Shown here in pieces: positions 47,425-56,300 of a stretch of 64,000 bases of DNA; positions within the stretch are counted from its first letter, which is position 1; the number at the start of each line of letters is the position of its first letter. The position numbers and the translations under genes are program-made. Source of the stretch: Corallochytrium limacisporum Hawaii. Taxonomy: Eukaryota; Protista; Pluriformea. Below the pieces are notes generated by a model, which was not told where the DNA came from, ran no database searches, and was given only the letters and a program-made list of their open reading frames with translations. Location: the NCBI GenBank assembly GCA_002811645.1, contig PDIP01000070.1, positions 1 to 64,000 of the forward strand. The letters are read 5' to 3'.

Positions 47425-48104
47425 ACCATATGAACTTTTGCATCCCTTTGGAGAGGCTGAGGCTATATGAATGAGCGAAGATGCTCTCTGCAAACAACGA
47501 AGATCTCAACACAGTGGATTTTTGTTACTACAGCTGTTGATGATGTCAGTGCCCTATAGTCTGGATTCGTAGACCAACAGGACCCACATCACGAGCCCCT
47601 TTAGGGGGGTGGGAGAGGAGAGAATTTAATGATATTACTTAGGTTTCAGTTATTTAGCTTCTTCCCTGCGCCTCTTGACCCGTCTTAGGTTTGTGAAATA
47701 TCTCGGTAGTGAATGTACCGAAGCTACATTTGGCGGACAGTTGGGGAACAGATCCAAGCGGTACCGAAGGGAAGGGAGGCCACTTGTTCGCCGCAGTGGT
47801 AAAAGTACTGCAGAGTCCCAAGGAAACGGCGCGAAAATGGGCGGGAAAAGTTCGGGTGCCAGAGGAGAGGTCTTGCCAGTGCTCCTCTGAGTCCTAGGTT
47901 GCAATCCAAATTGGTCTTAGCTCTTAAAGTTGCACACTTAGTTGAGACATCTTTGAGTATGAAGGTATCAATGACATACACATGCTCCCTTACTGGGTTA
48001 TTTATTGAAGTAGGTGAGGATCTAAGTTTTTGTTCTGTTTTCTGCAACAGGTCGGGCACCGTTGGGAAACGCATCGTTTAACCGGTGAGCACAAACCAAA
48101 CAAA

Positions 48105-48992
48105 ATGCCGAAGCGTGTACAAGAGTTCCAGAAGGGCGGTTTCCGTTTCCGCAAAAAAGCGAAGGCAAGTGGAGTGGACGATGAAGTGGAGAATCGGATC
48201 CAAAATCCTGTTGCAAAACCTGTGACGTCCCGGCCTACAAGGCAACATGATGAAATCAAAGCAAAAGTAGAGCAGAGGGCTCGTGACCGGACCATTGTCC
48301 GTGAAAGGCGTGCATATAAACCCCTGCCCACCGGCACTGATTTCTATCGTGATATTGACCCAGCCATGACAAACTCAGCTCGGTTTGCCGAAGTAGTCTG
48401 CGAATGTCTTACCGCCGGCACCGACTACGCGTCCGCTACCCTTGACAGTGAACGTGCCAAGACTGACACACGTAAGAGCATCGAAATCATGAAAGAATTC
48501 ATTCGCGAGCAGGGCTGGAGAGATGAAGAACCCAAAACAACAGTACCCAACCCTATGAACGTGGCAGCTGAGAAACGCACAAGGGTTCTGCAGGAGAGTC
48601 TTGCTTTGGAGGAGAAGCATGCTCAAGAATGGGAAGAGATCGAGAAGGAGCTGGAAGAGATCCAGGATATTATTGCCAAGGGTCCCACTCCTGTTGAGAT
48701 AACTGCCGAGGAAGCAAATGACGCTGTTAGTGATGATGAACGCCGGTACCTCGATACCATGCCCGATTACTATGACCTTGCTGCTGAAGTGAAGAACATT
48801 CCCAACAATCTGAAGGTGCAACTCATGGTGCTTGGCCAACGCATTGATCTCTGTCGCAAGGTCAGCAGCACCCTCGAAGAGAAGTGCGACACAGAAATGG
48901 ACAGCATTGCCAACAGTCACTTCAATCGTCTGGCAACTACCAGCCCGAAGAACCTTATCCGTGGCCTCACAACTACTACCACATCGTCATAA
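48105..48992 (+). CDS. DSN1: Kinetochore Mis12-complex subunit Dsn1/Mis13-like
   Basis: N-terminal GF.F.K, DFYRDI....R, PNP.N followed by a coiled coil ending in E...W, and C-terminal P..L.R.L. Start at ATG 48105. Confidence 0.7.
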   Translation: MPKRVQEFQKGGFRFRKKAKASGVDDEVENRIQNPVAKPVTSRPTRQHDEIKAKVEQRARDRTIVRERRAYKPLPTGTDFYRDIDPAMTNSARFAEVVCECLTAGTDYASATLDSERAKTDTRKSIEIMKEFIREQGWRDEEPKTTVPNPMNVAAEKRTRVLQESLALEEKHAQEWEEIEKELEEIQDIIAKGPTPVEITAEEANDAVSDDERRYLDTMPDYYDLAAEVKNIPNNLKVQLMVLGQRIDLCRKVSSTLEEKCDTEMDSIANSHFNRLATTSPKNLIRGLTTTTTSS

Positions 48993-49119
48993 ATACAGTA
49001 CGGTAGTACAACTCTTTTAATTAGAAACGATGCTTAGAAATTTTCTTGTATGATTACTCTATTGTCAATACTATTCTATGTTTAGCATATCTCTGCTGTA
49101 GTTTGCCTTACTATCAGAT

Positions 49120-49503
49120 TCAGAAGTTCTTGTAGCTCTGGCCTTTATTCCAGGTGAACCCAATTCCTGGAGTAGGCGGTAGGGCCTCCATTAGTGAAGC
49201 AGAGTCCGCATCTGGAGACTGAAGCAGATTTTGCTGGCCGTCTTTGTTTGTGTACACGACCGGAGGTTCAATAGCACGACGGTCATCCCGCTTAAAATAC
49301 TCGTTTTGAGAAAGTTTGTGTGCAACGCCCGGCTTAATGTTTGGCCGGGGAATGGTTCGTGGGGACAAGTCCCTAGGGTACCGCATAGCATCCTTCCATT
49401 TCTTATTGTTCAGATCAAAAATCTGTGACAGGAACCCCGCCTTATTTTTCTGATTGATATTGTAGCGTCCAAGGGACTCCATGAACCGTTTGCTGGCCGA
49501 CAT
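49120..49503 (-). CDS. NDUFA7: Complex I accessory subunit B14.5a
   Basis: RY....S.RT.P.P....G..HKLS.N.Y..RD.RR...PP and PPTPG. Confidence 0.9.
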   Translation of the reverse strand: MSASKRFMESLGRYNINQKNKAGFLSQIFDLNNKKWKDAMRYPRDLSPRTIPRPNIKPGVAHKLSQNEYFKRDDRRAIEPPVVYTNKDGQQNLLQSPDADSASLMEALPPTPGIGFTWNKGQSYKNF

Positions 49504-50541
49504 TCTGCCTGTGTATTCAAATCCAAGTGAGGAATATTTGTTCCCTTAACCAATTCCTGTTGAACACAGCCATGGATGTCATGAATGGAGCATGTCTGTT
49601 TTCATACGTTTTGATCCAACAACGTTCAATGACAACTGAGGACGGAAAGGAAATACGATCCGAGGTCTCATGGGTCTGCTTGAAGGGGCCGCCCACTGGT
49701 CCCCACAGGGCACACAGCAAGGACAATTACTCTCACTATCGACTCTCCCTCCATCCCGGCCTTGGCTCGCTAAAGACCGTGTTGTTTATGCCTCCCCACT
49801 CACTGTCTCGCCTCTCGTTCGCGTTTTGTGGCTCCCTCAAATTCAAATATGGTCCGTATATATATATATATTTCATTGGCCTAAATTGTTCGTCACCACC
49901 CCGCCGTCCGCGATCCCCTCCGCTGGCGACAGGGACCGAGCGAAGCTACAGCTGGGGAAGCAGTACAAATTGCATGGAAAGCCCCTTGGGGTGACGGGGG
50001 TCGGGGAAACGGGAAAATTTTCTGATGCTGAAGCGTCCGGCCGATGATATGGCCGCCTTGGCGATATATTGAAAATAAAGAGAGATTATCTGTCTCTACA
50101 ACAATAACAGTGGGGAGATGAATTAAGCGTATCGACGCGCGTATTCCTGCATTGTGGTACGAGTGTGTGTATGGCTTGGATGAAAGGCGGAAGTGTTTCG
50201 TCTTACAATTCGCCGAATCTCGTGTTCTCTGTCTTTTCCAGTTTTGTGACCAGTTTGCCTAGCATTATGCTTTGTATACAAATGGACTTCGGTATCTAAT
50301 TCTCTTCTTGGTGGTATTTGGGATCGCCAATAGTGTAATATACCCAAGATCAGATTTAGACAATAGACAACTGGCACTGGTGATATCAGCCATCGTATTG
50401 CATTGCATGACTGTCTTGGAATCATTGGCACAAAGACCGTTCGATATACTAGGTGAGTACAGAAAATGTGAGTTAGTTTACCCACCACTAAACTAAAAGG
50501 GCCCAGATAAATTGGAAGAAGAGGTCCGATAACAGATAAAG

Positions 50542-51735
50542 ATGGATCAGTGGTTGGGCGATGTGTGCGGCCACTATCAGTACCAGCATGGCGAACGCGT
50601 GCGTGGCGATATTCGGGCATTACTGAGCAGATATAATACTTTGAGGCCCAAGGTCAACGAATTCACACATCACAACGGACAGACGGCCAGATTGTTATGC
50701 TTGTATGGCACCATTCCCATCGTGTTCAGGTCCACGGTATACAACATTCCTGTAAATTTGTGGCTTCCAACATACTATCCAGCGGGTCCTCCGTTTGCCT
50801 ATGTCGTGCCGCAGCAGGAGATGGTCATTAAGGCAGGCCCAAATGTGACCCCAGAAGGTCTGGTGACCATTGGATACCTCAATCAGTGGCAGCCACACTC
50901 CGGAAATCTGGTGAACATGGTAGACGTAATGTGTGCTGCGTTTGGAAAGGAACCTCCATTGTACAAAAAGCCTGCCGCTCGGACCTCAAATTCTAGCCAG
51001 CACAACGCACCTTATAGACCACCGCCCCCAACTAACATGGGAGCATCGGGGCAACCACAGCGACCGATGCCACCGCTCAATGCGGGAGGCTATGGTAGCA
51101 CGTACGGCACAGGAAGCGCTGTTGGAGGAGTCGCGGAGATGGACGACTACATGCACAAGACGGACAGCGCGGAGACATTGGAAGAGGTTAAGCGGGAGTC
51201 TGTAAAGAGTCTGGCATTGGACAAAATGCGCCGTTTCATCAAGCAATATAACCAGCATGCTAAGCGCGAGCTTGACGATTTATTTGGCACCATGGGTCTG
51301 CTCAAGAACAGCAGAGGAGAGATTGATCGTCTTTTGCAAGAAATGGCGAACGAGAAGAGCCAGTTGGAATTCTCTATATCTAGTCTGCAGGGCAACATCA
51401 CAAAGCTTAAGCAGACCGTGGAGGATACCAAGGACAAAGCAGCAGTGGACATTTCTGTGGACGATCTCATTGTCGCACCGTATCCGCTTTACCAGCAGAT
51501 GCTGGATCTGACTGCCGAGGACCATGCCATTCAAGACGCAATCTACTACCTTTCCAGAGCATTGAATCACGGCAACATTGAGTTGCCTGTGTACCTAAAG
51601 CAGGTCCGCAACCTTGCTCGCCGACAGTTCATGAAGCGTGCCCTGCTCAAGAAGTGCCGCCAGCAAGCCGGTCTGAAGGACAATCTGGTCGGTGCGCCCA
51701 CGGCTCACGAGCCTATCTACGAGGCCATCCATTGA
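50542..51735 (+). CDS. TSG101: ESCRT-I subunit TSG101/Vps23
   Basis: UEV domain (L.L.GTIP..FR...YNIP..LWL...YP..PP), Pro-rich linker, coiled coil, steadiness box (LY.Q.L.L.AED.AI.D.IY.L..AL..G.I....YLK.VR.L.R.QF). Confidence 0.95.
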   Translation: MDQWLGDVCGHYQYQHGERVRGDIRALLSRYNTLRPKVNEFTHHNGQTARLLCLYGTIPIVFRSTVYNIPVNLWLPTYYPAGPPFAYVVPQQEMVIKAGPNVTPEGLVTIGYLNQWQPHSGNLVNMVDVMCAAFGKEPPLYKKPAARTSNSSQHNAPYRPPPPTNMGASGQPQRPMPPLNAGGYGSTYGTGSAVGGVAEMDDYMHKTDSAETLEEVKRESVKSLALDKMRRFIKQYNQHAKRELDDLFGTMGLLKNSRGEIDRLLQEMANEKSQLEFSISSLQGNITKLKQTVEDTKDKAAVDISVDDLIVAPYPLYQQMLDLTAEDHAIQDAIYYLSRALNHGNIELPVYLKQVRNLARRQFMKRALLKKCRQQAGLKDNLVGAPTAHEPIYEAIH

Positions 51736-52133
51736 AGCATATTGCAATGTGACCTTGAAATCATTTTATTTTGTACCATTAAATCCGTATTCAATTTTAG
51801 CTCATCAAGACTCTCAATGGCTCCGATCCATCTTGCACAGGCCCGGTACTCCACTCCCCCCCCACAGCACCTGCCTCTTTCTTTCACTTGGAGGGGGCGC
51901 AGCCTTTTCGCGCTCACGGACTGTCGCGTGGGCCACTGTACAACTACGACAGCATTTTCATTTGTTTGACAGTGAACGCTACGCTAATACATCGAAATTT
52001 CGAAACAAATGTAGTTTTACAGCAAAGGTATCTGATCTGATAGGTGAGTCTCTATTTATGACGCATGTAGTGCCAGGTATGTTCATATTAACGTTAAAGA
52101 AAGAAACTGTAATATATTTCTATTGCGGGTACA

Positions 52134-53228
52134 ATGAGCTCAACTCTGACCTTGCGCGTGGTACGCGGCCATGTTGCACGAGCTTTTCGGACTTCGACAG
52201 GTAAGTAATTTTGTTTGCACATAAGCGCGGACCACGGATCTTGAATTAGGCTGGGGAAAATAACAGTTGTGGTGTTAGTACTATGATGATAATCTGTTTA
52301 GTGGGTCAGTCTTAAGGGAAGTGTCTGGTAGGACCCAAAGCGCCAGTGAAGCGAGTCGTGTGACGTTCTTTCGTCTCCGTCAGAAAGGTGCGCCCTGCTG
52401 GCCGGGATCGACTATGAACCGATCCGTTATTCCTTTTCTGGGTCGAGCTGTAGGGAGAACCTACCTGCCAGCCTACCTATCCATGTGGATGTCCGACGCA
52501 CGCGTCTGAGCTATACCAAACTGTCCTCGTTTTTAAGTTCCAAAGTCTTTATCAACCTTTTCTTTGTCATTTGCAGCAGGACTAACCGTACTTTCTCACT
52601 GTTCTTATTTTTTGTTGACTATGCCCCAGTCAATGGTGCAAGGCCCTCTCGGATCATTCTGAATCGAACCTTCACAACATCTGGAAAGCAACTGGCGGGT
52701 ACCACCATAGATGACAAGGACGAGGGAGCCGTTCGATATGAGACTGTTTACGAATCAAAGGTGAGCCAAGCACTGCGTACGATCAAGATCATATCCTTCA
52801 CTTCATGCCTCGCCTCGATTACTGCAGGCCCCGTGATTGCCATCTACGGCAACCAAAGCATCAGCATGAACGGACGGCTTGCTATTGGCGCCATCATTGC
52901 GACGATGGGCATCTTCACGACAGCCTCATTACATTCATTTGCTAAAGGCTACGTGACGAAGCTGGAGTACGACGAGGAAAACCAGAAGCTACGGGTGAGC
53001 AAAGTCGGACTCATGGGCCAGGTGCTCGAGTCGACGGTGTCGCTGGACGATGTCGGACCAATTCGAAGCGTGCACCCTTACCTCAATGTGCGCATGGGTA
53101 ACCAAGACCTGTACGTTCCCCGGGACCAAATTAAACACCCTGATTTGCTCAAGGCTTTCTTCAACGCCGAAGTTGACGATGTGCTGGAAGAACTGCGCAA
53201 GGAGCAGCCCCAGGAACGAGGTTCGTGA
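52134..53228 (+). CDS. TMEM70: TMEM70 mitochondrial ATP synthase assembly factor; spliced join(52134..52200,52630..53228), 221 aa
   Basis: Exon 2 has VY......L...K..S..S, two TM helices and FTT..LH.F.K.YV..L.YD. Exon 1 (acaATG, MSSTLTLRVVRGHVARAFRTST) ends at a perfect G|GTAAGT donor, and its phase matches the CAG acceptor at 52629. The join gives a typical mitochondrial presequence. Confidence 0.85.
52201..52629 (+). other. Spliceosomal (U2-type) intron, 429 nt, phase 1
   Basis: GTAAGT donor, ACTAAC branch point (52581-52586), T-rich tract and CCCAG acceptor. Splicing restores an ATG-initiated frame. Confidence 0.85.
52263..52524 (+). ncRNA. Candidate long intronic box C/D RNA (snoRNA/scaRNA-like)
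   Basis: C box ATGATGA 52283-52289, D box CTGA 52506-52509, a 15-bp flanking stem (52263-52279 with 52510-52524) and several internal helices. Confidence 0.65.
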
Positions 53229-53343
53229 ATAGGACTTGGGCCGTACCAATAACATTAGATAAAGAAACATAACAAATTTCCGAACTTGATTACTTTATGA
53301 ACAATCTTCAATGCCAATATGCTGTGTATTGTCGACGGGCTTT

Positions 53344-56300
53344 CTACAGGTCCATCTGGAAATCTGGATCGTTGAAGAGAGTCATGTCCATGTCGCCCAT
53401 GTCGCCTTCGCCCAGATTGGCCAGGTCTCCCAGCATGTCGGCATCGACGCCGGCCTCACTGGGGCGTGCAGACTGCGGGTTACCACCACCTAGGTCCGCA
53501 GGCGGGTTGCCAAGGTCCGGAATATCGTCCGGGTTGAAATCACCCGGGAAAGCCTGGTCCAGACCTGGCAGATTGTCCAGGCCGCCGCCTCCTCCGAAGC
53601 CTCCCGAGCCCTTCTCCTTGTCATTATCATTGCCGTTGCCATTTGCACCAGCCGGCTGCTGCGCCGGTACAGGCGCCTGCGGTGGTTGTTGGGGAGGCAC
53701 TGCTGCAATCGCTGCGGAGGCTGCCGCTGCCGCTGCTGCTGCCTTCTGCTGTGCTTCAAGCTGCTTCTGGCGCTGTTGGTTCATTGCCGCCTGCTGGGCA
53801 GCCGCCGCCTGCTGTTGTGCGAGGGCAGCCTGCTGCTGCTGCTGCTTCTGCTGTTGCAGCGCAAGCATTTGCTGCTGCTGGGCTGCCGCGTTCTGTTGAG
53901 CTGCTGCAGCCTGCTGTTGTTGAAGAGCCGCACGCCGACGAGCAATCTCTGCCGGTGACATTTGGCCAGGACCCATAGGGCCCAGGGCGGTGGGACGCAT
54001 GGCACCCATCGCTCCTGGTCCGCGGGGACCACCGAGGCCACCAGCACCGGCTTGGCCGGCCGCTTGCTGCTGCTGCTGTTGTTGCTGCTGCTGACGCTGG
54101 TACCGCACCAACACTTCCTGTAGCTTTGCGCGGACCACGTGTGGGTTATTGTTAAGATCCTCTTTCAGTTCAGGGTATTGCTGGGTGATGATGATGCGCA
54201 TCTGAGGTGTCTTCTGGATGAGTGCTGCAATCTGTCGGCTGATCTGGCGCGCGAGGTTGGCCTTCTCTTCCCCACCCATCTGTGGACCACCGGCACCTGG
54301 CATGCCCGGACGCGGACCACCAGGACCACCCGGCACGCCCTGCGGTCGTGGTGGGCCACCAAGAGCGCCCAAGCCGGCCGGTTTCGGTTGCTCGCTGCTG
54401 CCGACCGCACCCGCACCGGCAGCACCGCCGGCGGCTCCCTGTTGAATCGGGGGCATGCCAGCAGTAAGATGCTTCAGGTATTCTTTACCATTCCGCTTCA
54501 GAGCCTGGTAAAGCGAGTTACGTAAGACGGTTTCCATGTTCTCCTGCATACCCTTGCCATTCTGAGTGCTAAGCTCCATGGCTTCTTTCTTCAGGTGCTC
54601 CTTCTCCGGCGCGCTGAGGGATTGCAAATGCTTTGAGAGCAGAAAAGCGCGCTGCTGTGGAGGGAAAGATGATGGTCCGGGGGTTCCGGCATCATTGCCG
54701 GCACCACCTGCAGCACCTGCTCCAGCGGTGCCAGCTGCGCCAGCCGCGGCCGCTGCAGTGCGCTGCTGCGCAAGGAGGCGCTGCTGCAATTCGGCAGCAG
54801 TGTTCGCACCACCAGCCCCACCGGGAACTCCCAAGCCGGCTTTCATCGCTCCTGGGCCCGCAGCACCTGCAGCACCGGCGCCTTGCTGACCAGCCACACC
54901 ACCGCCTCCAGCCAGTTGAATGTTGCTCTGACTCAAGCGTTCGACAATGTGCTTTTTGACCTTAGCAATAAAGGCGACTACTTCACCGGGGCTTTCCGTC
55001 CTGGCGCGACCGATGATATTCTGGGCGATCTTCTTAAAGTCCTCTATGCTCAAGAGGTCCAGTTCTTCTTCCCGGAGGATCTTGACTACTTCTTGCTCTA
55101 CCTGACCTTGCGCCCGTCCCTTTTGGAGACGAGTGGTGTACTGGATCACGTGCATGTCATCAATGGAACGACCTGTGCGTGCCAGCACGGCCCTGGCACG
55201 TGTGAAGGCTTGTAGTCCGGGCTGAGTTAGAGTGATCGTGGGCTGACCACCCGGGCCCGTCCCGGGGCCTCCCGGCCTCGCACCTGCGGCGGCGCCGAGA
55301 GCTCCACCTAACCCGAGGCTGGCCAGGCCGGCCGGACCACCAGCGGCCGCGGGACTAGGACGCTGTTGGTTCGCCGCGGCCGCTACTGCGGCACCTGGAC
55401 CACCTACAGCTACCTGGGGCTGGCCTGGCTTGGCGCCGGTGAGCAAAGAGTTCTGCTTCTGCACAAGATTCGTGAACTCTGACGGCACTGGGTCGCCCTG
55501 GGACCCGACGTAGACGAGCGCCAGGTTGAGCTTGCCGCCCTTGTCGTAAATATAGGAGCGCAGCTTCGGGTTCGGATCCGCCACTTCGCACAAATGATTT
55601 CGGAGACTTTCAAGATGAACATTGATAGTGGCCGGCGGGATGGCGACGCCAACGGCCTTGCCAGCCTCCACAGTGAGCATAATCTTGCGAATGCCGAGCT
55701 TGCGATCAAACTCTTCTGCACCTGCCCGGTTGTCTACGCGCCGTGTCCGGCTGATCTGAAGCTTCTTCGGAACCATACTTTCAAGATGCTGCTGCTCCAT
55801 CGCACCGGAGTTCTCACCACTGAATACCAGCTGTACTGGCAGTGTAATGACCTTATCACCGGGCACAACCAGGATGCGCTGCAGTACGGCTGATGGCACA
55901 CCACCTGCGCCGGGCATGCCTACTTTCGCCGCCTGCTGGGCAGCTGCGGCCTGCTGCTGCTGCTGTTGCAACGCAGCCTGTCGAGCCTGGGCCTGGGCCT
56001 GGGCTTGAGCCTGGGCTTGAGCCTGGGCTTGCGCTTGGGCCTGAGCTTGGGCCTGAGCTTGGGCCTGGGCCTGGGCCTGCGCCTGGGCTTGAGCCTGAGC
56101 TTGACCCTGGAGCGAGCTCTGAGCACCTGCAGTCAGACCGGCAAGGCCTCCTGGAGCCGGACTTAGGCCTGCTTTGACTGACCCAGGTGTCGGAGCCTGT
56201 GCTTGCGGGGTGGCACCTCCAGCAATACCAGCAGTGCTGGATCCCTGCTGCTTCAGCAAGCGCATAATCTCGTCGTATACAGGCTTGACTTGGGGCAGTT

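Noticed and set aside
50272-50496. 74-aa hydrophobic ORF upstream of TSG101
   Set aside because: TTG start in T-rich promoter/UTR sequence; no family resemblance.
52485-52629. ORF-track N-terminus of TMEM70 (…VFINLFFVI…FSLFLFFV)
   Set aside because: It is intronic pyrimidine-rich sequence read from a GTG; the spliced model is better supported.
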